Assembly (NCBI RefSeq): GCF_006345805.1
Contig: NW_021831920.1
Location: 1-33,930 of the forward strand
Origin: Octopus sinensis
Taxonomy: Eukaryota
DNA: 33,930 nt
Reading direction: 5' to 3'
Shown here: positions 21,490 to 32,739 of the stretch, piece after piece
How positions within the stretch are numbered: position 1 is the first letter of the stretch
Layout of the letters: each line of letters starts with the position of its first letter
Program-made: the position numbers and the translations under genes
The notes under the pieces: generated by a model
The model's input: only the letters and a program-made list of their open reading frames with translations
What the model was told of the DNA's origin: nothing
Database searches by the model: none

Positions 21490-24400
21490 CAGTGACTCCT
21501 CTGAAATTGGCCATTTTCGGTTCCACGTGTTTTTGTGGTCAATTCGAGAAATGGCCAATTTGAGAAATAAAACCAATCTTTTGTGTAAATAAATTTTGAA
21601 TAAGAACAACTTTTATCCAGAAAATTTTAAGTAATTAAGCATTATTAATGTTCTTTAAAGTAGAATTGGATGCCCATCTGCTTTTTTGAGTTTTAATGAC
21701 ATTTTCCTTATAGCGCCTTATGGATGTAATCAATTGAACTTCATGTTCGTTCTCAATGTTTTTAGGAGCTCGTTTTCAATTTTAGTTAACTTAACCACAA
21801 TGTCTTCTTTGTCAATTGAATCATTGGATTCTACTTCAGCTTCTACTTCTTCTTCATTTTTTATATTTTCAATATCCTCAACGTCTTGAAATGTATCATT
21901 TTCAGAATATTCAAAATTAAGAAATTCTTCGACTTCTAAGGGATCAAAAATGTCAGTTTTTTCTACTGCAATATCTTGAACTTCAACTACATGATTCTTT
22001 TTGAATGGGTTGCTAAAATTCCGAAAACAATTTAATATCGTTTTTTCAGACACATCTTCCCAAGCATTTTTACGAAAATTACAGTATCCTTTAGAGTTAA
22101 CTTTTTGTAGGAACTGTATACTGAAATATTTTGCTGTTCCAACAAATCAGTCAAATACATTAACTTGTGTCGAGTAAAATGTTGTTTTAAATGTTTTTAT
22201 TATACACAAATCCATAGGTTGAATAAGACCAGTACTATTTGGAGGAAAAAACAATATTTTTATGTTATCCAAATTTGATGGAACACAATGTGAAGGACAA
22301 TTGTCCATGAGAAGTAAAATTTGCTTTTTTTCATTTTTGAGATGGTAATCAAAGTTTAATAGCCAGTTAGTAAAAATTGTTCCTGTCATCCAAGCTCGTT
22401 TTGAGCTATAATAATCAATGAAACATTTATAGTCATAAGATTTAAAGCATCTTGGCATTTTAGGTTTCGAGATCATCACAGGTTTCAATTTATGATTTCC
22501 ACTCATATTTGAACATAGCATAATAGAAACACGATCTTTGAAATTTTTATATCCTTGAAATCTGTTTTTACAAATATTTCTTCGAAGGAATCAGCTGTAA
22601 TACAATCCCGTTTCGTCCAAGTTATAAATTTGATCGGCATTATAACTCTTTGATATTTCTATGAATTTTTCGATAAATAAGTCGACATCTACTGGATCAT
22701 TAGTTCTCATTTCTCCATGTAACTTGGTCATTCGAAAACCATGCCTCTTTTTGAATTTATGAAGGTATCCATTTGAGTTTTTAAAATTATCCAGTTTTAA
22801 TTCAGCTGCGAATAAATTAGCCTTATTTGAAATTAAAGCATCATTAAGAAAGCCACCTTAATCATAAATTAGTACAAATTACCTTTAGACTCAATCGAAT
22901 TTTTTTGTTGAGGTGGCGACGTACCTCTCTTGCACAATGTCTAAAACACACACAGTACAACCGGACAGGCTATCAATTCTATCCTTTAACGTTCGTGGAC
23001 TATGCCAGACCTGGAAACAACAAGCACTCTGTAATGACATGGATAAATATCGTGCGGACATCGCCTGTCTACAAGAGACCAAACAAAAATCTGGAATGGA
23101 CCTAACCTATGGAAATTACCGAATGATCTTTTTACTCTCCGACTGCAGACACTATGGACAAGGTTCTGTGATTCACAAGAGGCTCGGTGTCAAACGCTGG
23201 TGGAGAATTACAGATAGGATTTCAGCAATCCAAGTACAAATCGGCGGTAAAGGCAGGCCTAATGCAGTCGCAACGGTCATTAACGTATACGCCCCGCATA
23301 GTGCCAGAATCGTCAACGCTCCTGAAGAAATCGATGAATTCTATGAGGTACTGACCCGGACATACCTATCCTTACAATCGTCTACCCTCCTGCTCGTCGT
23401 CGGCGACTGGAACGCCAAGGCTGGCATCCGTCGAGGCACTGAAACTTTTATTGGACGGCACGGAAGAGGATATAGAAACCTCCCAGGAGCCCTATTGGCT
23501 AATTTCTGTAAAACACTCGGGCTATTCCTATGCAACACGGCCTTTGATCACCCTGCTCGGCACAAGTCTACCTGGACTGGCAGGAGACGTGGTGAAGACG
23601 GGAACTATGTGCCGATCTACAACCAAATTGACTACATTGTGTGTCGCCAAAGAGACACATGGGTTCTACAAGACTCTCGTTCTTATGGGGGCTCGGTCGT
23701 TGACAGTGACCACAAGATAGTCATCGGCAGATTCAATCTGAAGAAATTATATGTGCTGGACAAAACAAATCGTCAATTCCCTCATAAATCGGACAGATAC
23801 TTGACAGAAAAACTGGCTTCCTCACTATCGACTCGAAACCTCTATAAATCATCCATCGATGAATCCCTTAAAAACATGGAATCTGAACTTATGCCTTCAG
23901 CCGCTTGGAAGGTAATGTCAGCCAACATTCACTCGGCGGCAAATAAATATGTTGGAAAGCAGCCAAAAATACGCACTCTATCGGGCTGTGTCACCCGGAT
24001 GCTCTTGCCTTGTCAGTTGTGCAAAAGGAGCTTAAGCTGAGGACTGAGAACACCAAAGATATGGATACTAAACTCGCACTGAAAGGCCGGCGTGCCGCCA
24101 TCCAAAAACAAATAAGACCCTAAACCTCCAATATGGCCGGGATATCCTGGCTTCCCGTCTTGGAGAACTGGAAACCCTCAAAGATAATGCACGCACGTTT
24201 ATGGCTTTACGGTTGCTTAAGAGGAAGAAAAACCGCCCCAAACTTCGACTCCAAACCAGTAATGGGGTTCAATGACTTTCTGAGACAAAGTCAATGACTT
24301 TCTGTCACCGAGTCACAGCGGGTTCAAAGAAGGACGTTCAACCGCAGATGTCTTTGAGGCCACCGATGGCGGTGTGCAACCCACCAAGATACAAAAGTGC

Positions 24401-25954
24401 CACGAGAATCCTGGGTATCGATATGTCAAGAGCAATCCATCGCGATCTCCTCATGAGGGTTCTACGGAGTTTCTTAGATGAAGATGCTATCAGAATGATA
24501 CAGGTCTTATTGGCAAAAACGGACCTCACTGTTCGCCTTGGGACAACGTCGTCCAGATCCTTCCCAACAAATGGGGAACCCCCAAGGAGACTCTCTCTCG
24601 CCTCTGTTATTTGTGATCTACCTTGAGGCTGCTTTACGAGAGCTGAGAGGTCTATATGACAAGTCAATAACTGAAGTGATTTTACGCTGACGACGTCGAC
24701 TTTGTGTCCAATGACAAATCCGCCCTACTCAGACTATTGGAGATTGCACCGGATAAACTTGGAGAATGGTTGTTAATCATGAACACGGACAAGACTGACG
24801 TGGTCGATGTATCACGCTCAGAGATCCCAAACTATGGAAAAATGAGACTTTCGAAGAAGCTTGGCTCTCTGCTTGGAGACCGAGAAGACATCATGCGGAG
24901 AAAACTACTGGCCGCTGTTGCTCTAAAATCCGTCATGAAAGATTGGCTACGATATTGTCCCGGGAAACCATCACTACGCTCTAGAATCTACAACGCTTTT
25001 GTCAAACCGGTACTACTGTACAACTCATCTACATGGGGCATCTCTGACACCGAACTAAAGAATCTTGACTCGTTTCACAGAAAACAGCTTCGCGTCCTAA
25101 ATGGCCTGCATTGGCCTAAGAAAATTAACAACTCATCGCTCTACAAACTCAGTAACTCGGTGCCAGTCAGCCAGGACATCATAGATGGCCGCTGGAGGCT
25201 CTTCGGACACGTCCTGAGAATGGACCCGTCCTCACCTGCTTACCAAGCCATGGAAGAGTACTTTCTCTCGGATAGCCCAAAGTTTCGCGGACGTCCCCGC
25301 ACAACACTGCCGGTTGCGCTGGAACACGATCTGAAACACGTGGGCAAAACCTTGAAACAATGCGAGGACTTGGACGAACTGCGATGGCTTGCACAAAACC
25401 GCAGAGGATGGCAAACGATGGTTAAGAAGATTGTATCGTGTGTGGCACGTGTGGGGATATAACTCTTTCCTTTCCTTGTTTATGTTCCTACGGGAAGTGA
25501 TAATAATAATACTCAATCGAATCCATCCATTCAACTAACATAGCATCAAGCTGTGGGAACTTGAGTCTATGCGCATTTTTTGAAGATAGATTTTACACTC
25601 TTTGAGAAAAAAATCTTTTTTCAAAATAATATTATTAATTGTTTTTCTGGAAATCTTCTTTTTAACAAATGGGAAAATCTATCAGCCAAATACTGACATA
25701 AAACATCTTCATTTTGATTTTTATAAGTTAAAATCAGTATTTTTTGATAAAAAGTGAGACGAGTATAATTACCACGAGAATTGTTCGAAGACATAAAATA
25801 ACTGAAATTTTATTAATTTGCAAATTATATAAAATATATTTTAAAATTTATGGTCAATTTGAGAATTGGCCACTTTCAATGGAAATTCGAATTTTTCTTA
25901 GATAATTTTATAAGTGTGGTCAATTTCAGAGGTGGCCAATTTCAGGAGTCACTG
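21490..25954 (-). mobile_element. Complete Tigger/pogo-like transposon with a 26-nt intron, interrupted by a LINE
   Basis: TA-flanked TIRs CAGTGACTCCT(CT)GAAATTGGCCA. Transposase from about 25790 (MSSNNSRGNYTRLTF..FPQLDAMLVEWMDSIE) continues after the LINE with SK|GGFLNDALISNKA..SNGYLHKFKKRHG, LDETG, MDNCPSH and IQPMD. Confidence 0.92.
22901..25510 (+). mobile_element. RTE-type LINE (APE + RT), 5'-complete but internally deleted
   Basis: 12-bp TSD ACTCAATCGAAT (22889-22900 and 25511-25522); (TAA)n tail. APE motifs SFNVRGL, LQETK, NVYAPH, GDWNAK, QIDYI, DSDH. RT motifs (P)QGDSLS and ADDVDF. Sequence jumps from QTSNG to (Q)SGFKEGRST near 24270-24310. Confidence 0.93.
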
Positions 25955-26099
25955 TATAAAGAAAAGGGAAAAGTAAAAAATGTAGTGTCTGATAACAGAT
26001 TAATAGCTAATCATAAGAATTAGATCGAATTCCAAATGAACCTAGATAGTTACTATGAATAAAGTTAAAACGCGTTACGAGAATTATGATTTCCATATA

Positions 26100-26310
26100 A
26101 CCCTTCTCCGTCTTTTTTCCGATAACATAGAGATCAATTGTTCGCTTGACAACAATATATTTGTTAACATCAAGTCCACCATACACTGGATACTGCCGAA
26201 CATTGGCATCGTTGTCCTGTATATAAATTAATTTGACGTTTGAGACCTTAAAAGCACAGTCGTCCCAACATTGATATTTTTTCATGTATCTCATTTTTAC
26301 AATCATTTTT
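26100..26310 (-). mobile_element. C-terminal remnant of a Ginger-like transposase
   Basis: QDNDANVRQYPVYGGLDVNKYIV aligns by eye with DDNPGNRRYPLYDKLDINKYTV of 31331-31597. Confidence 0.6.
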
Positions 26311-27155
26311 TGTCAACAATAATTAAATTTTCTAATTCACTATCTCGTACCTATGATAATTCCGTCAAAACACAAGCTAAAAGTTGCTCCGTTTCCCCTG
26401 ATTTATAAAATTTATGAAATCATCTCGTCAATTGTGTTATACCAAATAGCAACTCAAGATAGTTACTTAAATCACAATATTTCTGTAATGTCAATAAGGT
26501 AGTACCATAGCAGTTATAAGTATGATTCTCAATATATTTGTACTTTAGAAAAACTAACGATACCCTACTTAGAATTACACCTTAAAAATTGATTGCTCAC
26601 CTACATTGGTTGGAATGAATATTCCTTTAATGATCTCTTGGATTAGAAACAAAATAATAAAAATTTTTAACACCAAGACCACAGGAAAAAAAATTTTGGA
26701 GATATCCTTGTCGGATGCTTCTTTTGCATTTGTACGTCTGAGAGTTAATATGTTTACTTCTGGAAGAGGAAAGAGGCAATCTTACATTTTCTGAGTTTTC
26801 CAGCGTTTATTTTCAATTCCCAACGACACTGGAACCTTAAAGGTATCATCTAGCTATTGCTAGACGCTCAATAAATCTTTTATAAAGAAAGGTGGGTAAC
26901 AGGGAAGCAACTTGTCGTTATTCCTGGTTTTTAAAAAGTTGATTAGTTAACAACAGCTAAAGTCTCAAACTAATATAAATTCTGTTGTGTATTGAAAGGA
27001 TTTGTAAAATTAAATTCTATCGAAAAAACATTTTTTGGCTGATTGAAAAATAGACAGTCTTTGTAAATTTTAGGTAATTTATTTTTTTATTAATGAAGAC
27101 AATAAATTTTAAGTTATTTTTAAGTTGTTGAATTAATTTTAAACTTTTTACTGAA

Positions 27156-27431
27156 ATGGATTAACGCAGAATAGTATTGAAACGCCCAAACTTTATGTAC
27201 GGAATCATCTTGGATTCGATTCCGGGTCAAAAAACTCACATAATAAATGAGATAATTCCCAATTCGCCTGCTGAAAAAGCTGGTTTACAGGTTAAAGACG
27301 TCATTTTAAAAATTGACAATATAAATGTTAAAAATAAAGTTACAAAGATATCTGTAACAACTCATTATGAAATGTGAAAATAGATTTAATATAGAAGTAG
27401 AAATGAGTTCTGAATATTCAGAAAAATATTG
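27156..27431 (+). pseudogene. PDZ-domain protein fragment (disrupted as assembled)
   Basis: MD*RRIVLKRPNFMYGIIL..IINEIIPNSPAEKAGLQVKDVILKIDNINV..LIMKCENRFNIEV is a PDZ fold (SPAEKAGL..D.I..I.). In-frame TAA at 27162 and frameshifts near 27340-27360. Confidence 0.75.
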
Positions 27432-28065
27432 AAAATGCCAGAAGAAATAAAGTTTACCAATATTCAGGTAAATAAATTTAGCAATAATGCAGTGTCAAAA
27501 TCACAAAAATCAGACAAAAAAAGTTCAAATTAATACAAGAACGCGACGGCGATATTTTGGATGAGGGTAGAATCTAAAATTCTACGAAAAATGTTAAAAC
27601 TAATTAATCTTTATAACAATTACTCGATTGTTACTTTCTACTATTTGATATATAATTAGCTTAGAAAACAACATATTTTTGTTATTTGTCAAATATTCTT
27701 TGCTTTTGACAATCAGGGCTTTTTCAAACCCGATTCTTCACTATTGTCGTCTATTAACTACTAAAAGATGACTCATTTTTAATTTTTTTGAATGGACTTT
27801 ATATTAAATATCCTTTTTATTCTAATTCTATGTAATGGAAGCAGTCAATATTATCAAAATAATTAAATATAGCTAAAATCCCTGACATTACAGTGCAAGG
27901 ATGTGACATCGCCATTTAAACTAGACTTGCAGGAGTCTTAAAGGATTCTTATTTTTGAATTGCTTATAAAATTAACTTAATTAAAAAATAGGTAAGAAAA
28001 AGTTGAAATTAAAGTCGACCAAAATTAAATGCAACACGACTTTTCATCCAAAACCGGGAATTAAT

Positions 28066-28470
28066 TGTCACAGTCCAGACGTGAGTCACGCCGGACGTGA
28101 GTCACTTTTTAAAAATTTATAAAAATAAATAAAAAATAACTAAATAGATATACCTTACTCCAATTATACCATATTAGTGTTTTTTATGTTTTTTTGGATA
28201 AAAGTTCATATTATTCACCCACAAAAAACAAACATAACGCATTTTTGACCCGACATAACGTTTTATCGATAACTTGAATTTTGTTTATTTAGAAAAAAAT
28301 TTAAAATATTAAATGTCACAGTCCAGACGATACTTTTATATCACCAGAAATCATATAAGGAGCGGCATCTGAGATTAACAGATAAAAATTGTCACGAATA
28401 ATCTTAATTTCTCTAATGACGTCATTATTATGTCACGAGCCTAGGTTGTTACCGAGCCTAGGTCGTGACA
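28066..28470. repeat. Cluster of TGTCAC-type transposon termini including a 40-bp hairpin
   Basis: TGTCACAGTCCAGACG at 28066 and 28314; TGTCACGA at 28390 and 28431; 28431-28470 is TGTCACGAGCCTAGG..CCTAGGTCGTGACA. No TSDs found. Confidence 0.6.
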
Positions 28471-28538
28471 TTTCACTTATTTTTCTATAAAGATTAAAAA
28501 TTAATTTATCGCTAAGCCTAATAAAATTATTCTTAATA

Positions 28539-28547
<9 letters not shown>

Positions 28548-28569
<22 letters not shown>

Positions 28570-28998
28570 ATAGAAATAAAACAAGACAAAATTACAGATA
28601 GCTAAGTTAGTTAAAGGCCTCACGAGACACCCGACCAGCCGCGCGAATGGCGAAGACGTTCCTCGGATCACAGCAATCGACAGACGTTCCAGGAGCCAAG
28701 AAAACTCTCTTGGATCGTGACTAGTCCTTGAAATCCGTCGACCGAGCGAGCGAAGGAAGCGGAGTGTCTGGGACCGAAGATCCCGGAGGACTCCAAGGCA
28801 ATTGGAGTAAAGAGCAGCGAGTTGGAGGTGGCCGTACTTGAGAATCTTCGCGCTCCTCGGCCTGCCTGGAAGCGTGCCCAGGATGGCGGCGGACAGCGCG
28901 AGATTTCCCAGCGAGAACGTGTCCGAGCAGGTAGAATCCCAAATAAGGGATTTCCCCTGCTCGTAGGGGAAGGTGGACATGCCGTCAGGGCGTTTGCC
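28548..28998 (-). mobile_element. 5'-truncated CRE-like retrotransposon with poly(A) tail
   Basis: KRPDGMSTFPYEQGKSLIWDSTC..PIALESSG..WLLERLSIAVIRG; poly(A) of more than 20 nt; 12-bp TSD ATATTTAAAATT (28536-28547 and 28999-29010). Confidence 0.92.
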
Positions 28999-29039
28999 AT
29001 ATTTAAAATTAATCTATTAAATATTAAAACAAAAATATC

Positions 29040-29340
29040 TGGACGTGTGTGAACTCCTTTTCCAATCAGAACATCAAATTATGTATCGAGAATCCTGGAG
29101 CCCCGTCTGAACGGGCAGAGAAGAGAAGCTGAGAAATACGCTGGAATGGGAATGGGAGAGTGTTTGTCCCCCTGGCTGTTGAGACGTCAGGAATACAGGG
29201 GCCTTCTACTCGGACCCTACTCCAGCGCATTGCCTCATTAATCGGAAGGGTTACGGCGACCCGTGTGAGCACCGGTATTTAATCGAACGAATATCTATAG
29301 CCATAGTCAGAGGCAATACTCTGGCTATCTGCCAATGACT
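29040..29340 (+). mobile_element. Third CRE-like RLE 3' fragment
   Basis: WTCVNSF..PGAPSERAEKR..KY..VFVPLAVETSG..YLIERISIAIVRGN. Confidence 0.8.
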
Positions 29341-29429
29341 ATTTCTCTTTTGGTTTACATAAATAAAGATAACTAGAAAAAAAAATATCCGGATAACCAT
29401 ACATCTGTAATTGTAATATATATATAAAC

Positions 29430-29618
29430 GCGTGCTCGTAACTAAAATCTCTTGGTCCCGGGTTCGATTCCCAGAGGCTGCCTGTGCCGGAAGCTCCGAT
29501 CGGGTTTGACGAGTGACGCCGTCATAGACATCTCACCATACACGGACTCCGCATGGAACGGATCTCCGGATGGGATGTTGAGCTTCCTAGTCTTCTTCAG
29601 CCACACGCCCAAAAAAAA
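29430..29618 (+). mobile_element. Putative tRNA-derived SINE (5' head incomplete)
   Basis: Pol III B-box GGTTCGATTCC at 29461-29471 in a T-arm-like context, GC-rich body, A-tail at 29611-29618; no clear A-box or full cloverleaf. Confidence 0.45.
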
Positions 29619-29794
29619 CAGTTAAAAAAGACAAGAGAAAACTCTCCCACCTCGGATTAATTAGAATTAATAGTTACTTGTTCTCTCTTGCTCTTGTTCT
29701 TGTGTGGCTGGCACAAGTGAAGGCTCAGGTACATGCGTGCCTCTGTCTTCGCGGACGTGCCGCTATTATTATTATATAAACTCGTGTTTCTTCT

Positions 29795-30790
29795 GTGTTA
29801 CTTATGTCGCGTTCTTTTGTAAGAGATATGGATGAGTATCGATTGCTAGAAAAAGTTTTAAATGGACAAAATATCGAAAATCAATCGAGACAAAAAGTTT
29901 ACTGCCTTAAAAAGAAAGCTGAAAAGTTCATTTTAATCAATGGAAGAATATACCTCAAACAGCCGTGTGGAAATCACAAATTAGTGATTTCGACGGACAA
30001 CGTTGACAAGATGAAATTGGTGGCTAGCCAAATTCGTTTTGCATTGTGGACATAACACTCTCGAGAACATGTGCCATGAAAGATATTTCACTGTAAAACG
30101 ACAAATAATCCGAAAAATTGTTGCCGATTGTGAAATTTGCAAATTTTCAACTCCCTTGAAACTAGGGGATGAAGAAAATCACGTGATTGCCAATCGTCCC
30201 AATGAAAAATTCCAGATGGATTTAATTGATCTGAAGATGTATCAATTTTTTGTATTATATATTAAAGATTTAAACAAACAAATAAACTATAGCATGGCTT
30301 TTAACGGTTATTGACGTCTACTCGAAGTTTGCATTCACTCGAAACCTAAAACATAAAAGCGGAATTGACGTTGCTGAAAATTTCAAAAAAATTTTTCTAC
30401 GTTTTGGACCGTGTCAATATTTGCAATCGGATAATGGAACTGAATTCAAAAATCCACATGTCACTGCCTTGTGTGTATGTTTCAACATTCAACAGATACA
30501 CAGTAGGCCAAACAATCCGAGAAGTCAAGGCATCATCGAGCGTTTTAACCAAACGGTTACGAGGTCGCTATCTAAAATGATGGCTAATGATGAAGATAAG
30601 TGTTGGACGAAGTATATAGATGAAGCTGTTTATTTTTATAATAAACAGCTTCACTTGCACTCAAAAAATTTGAAAGTCCATACGGAGAAGTTTGTACAAT
30701 AAGTGAAATCCTCCCGCATAATATGGTCAGAGTTGAAATGGACGATGGAACTACTAAGAAGACACTTATGAAAAGAATTAAAAAAATTTA
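29795..30790 (+). mobile_element. Ginger/GIN (KRBA2-like) integrase-type transposase, frameshifted; termini not found
   Basis: H2C2 HCGHNTL..VADCEIC; QMDLIDL; WLLTVIDVYSKFA; QSDNGTEFKN; SRPNNPRSQGIIERFNQT; W..YI..AVYFYN. Confidence 0.88.
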
Positions 30791-31063
30791 AATAACATAA
30801 TTTGTCTTGATTGTTTTGTTAATAAAAAAAATTCAAAACCTAATTAGCAGAGAAACATTTATAACCGAACATTCAAATAGACAAAATTTTCGAATAAAAA
30901 TACATTTTCTGCGTATTTTTCTAATTTAAAGCATTTTGAATTTTTCTTATTTGAAAAAAATAGCAATTCATAAATTAAAATATTATTTTTAGTTAGGAAA
31001 TCGTTTTTCAAAAATCACCGATTACATAATTAAAATCTCTAAATAACCTTTGTAATTATATTT

Positions 31064-32636
31064 TGTCACTGGTTTTATAGCCCACCGGGTTGGATAACCC
31101 ACCATCGAAAAAACTACCAAAAAAACATAAATATAATCTAAAAATCATCAGAAAATATAATTAACTTTAATTTTCTTCTTTTTTATTATTTTTTATATTT
31201 CTGCCTGTTGCATAAATCACACACCATTCATTTGTACTTTACATTTTTAAAATAAATAAAATTTTATTTATATTTAATGGGAGTCAATAAAAAATAAGAA
31301 TTAATTCATTTAAAAAAATCAAATTTTTAATCAGATTTTTTTTAATCTACTTAAATGCACGTTTGATACTGTTTCTCCATTATCTTTATTAATAGTACAC
31401 GTAGTTTCAAATTTTTCTGAAACTGTGTACTTATTTATATCCAGTTTGTCATATAATGGGTATCTACGGTTACCAGGGTTATCATCCCTGTCGTGTTTCA
31501 GCAGCACTGTATCTCCAATTTCAATGTCTTCTGCGTCATATTTCCACTTACGACGTTTTTTCATTTTCTCTCCAGCTTTAACAAGGTTTTCATGCACTTG
31601 TTTCTCAGTTCTTTTATCGTCATTTTCAAAATAATTCGAATTTGACTCATCAGTGATGAGTCATCACTTAGTTCTGGATTTGTTCCGTCGAACATTAACA
31701 ATGCATTTATTTGATCTTCTGTTCTCCTTGAACTCTTTCCCATTGTCTGTTTGCAAGATAAACGGGGGTCGGATTGAGAAGAAAATCTTTTTTAACTTTT
31801 TTGTTTTTTTATCAAAATATTTATTTCTTAAAAGAAAACAGAGAGAAAAGAGAGTTAACAAGAGGACTTCCCCGCCTCGTAGATGGAGAAACAGTTTCCA
31901 CGTACAATGGCAAGGGAAATCCTCTGAAAGAGCCATCCACATTACGCCTGAGGTATCCACGGCGATCGGGGTAAACAGATAGCGTTCCGAGAGATTGGTG
32001 TACTTTGAAATCGTTAATTCTTCTGCTCTGCTTTCTTGTTATTTCTTCAGCTGATTTCGTTTTTGCAAGTTGTACCACTGCAAATTTGGAAAAGGAGTCG
32101 ATTACAACAACCGACTAAAACTTATTCAAAAAAGACCCATCCATAATTGCTGTTAAGGTTTGAATAGCTCCTTAGATCCACTAAATCTACAATCAATAAT
32201 TTTTAACTTTAGCTCACTTTCTTCTAGAGTAAAAAAACGCAGTTTTTTATTTCTGACTTTATATACGTTTTTTCAGAAAATTTGAAGCAAAAACGATTTT
32301 TAAGCGTCCTGAGCCTTCTCCTTTTCTCTTATCGTATATAGTAGTGGTGTCATCAAAATTTTTTATTTCATTAAGTTGGTTTGTCGTTAATTTCAAAAGA
32401 AACATATTCTAATTGAACTTTATTGAACAACTCTACTTATTTTCACAGTTTTTAAACTTTATAATAAAAAGTTATAGTTTTCACGCTAAAATATTTAAAA
32501 AAAAAGAACAATAAATTATTAAAATAATTAAGAAAATCATTTTTTCCAATGAAATTAAATATATGAAAAATATTATTATTATAAAATATGTCAGTAGGTG
32601 GGTTATCCAACCCAGTGGGCTATAAAACCGGTGACA
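31064..32636 (-). mobile_element. Ginger/Tdd-like DNA transposon, deletion derivative
   Basis: 40-bp TIRs TGTCAC(C/T)GGTTTTATAGCCCAC(C/T)GGGTTGGATAACCCACC; TSD TATTT (31059-31063 and 32637-32641). Motifs VDLVDLRSY, VIDSFSKFA, LQTDNGKEFK; C-terminal IGDTVLLK..VHLSRLKKI. Confidence 0.9.
31830..32031. mobile_element. 202-bp foreign insertion inside the Ginger transposase
   Basis: Flanked by the 6-bp direct repeat TTTCTT (31824-31829 and 32032-32037); removing it restores EEITRNKYF on the minus strand. Confidence 0.65.
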
Positions 32637-32739
32637 TATTTTAATACTGTTTATTGTTATTTTGATTTCTTGTTCTATTTTTTTGTTCACTATTGTCTAT
32701 AGTGAATATTGTACTGATTTAGGTATTACCCTGATACTG

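Noticed and set aside
6716-27164. TAA/TAG reassigned to Gln (in-frame stops at about 6749, 7840, 9558 and 27162 read plausibly as Q)
   Set aside because: All six Gln codons in the readable GCLC exons are CAA/CAG. The long R4-like ORFs contain no internal TAR. The intron-bearing Charlie transposase ends at the family-typical QKSH with TAA, and the SAM domain ends at TAA. Nonsense mutation or sequence error is simpler. A genome-wide codon-versus-conserved-column test (such as Codetta) would settle it.
29500-29560. Hammerhead ribozyme in the SINE-like body (ttgacgag-tgac-gcc-gtca)
   Set aside because: The core deviates from CUGANGA and the required GAAA after stem II is absent.
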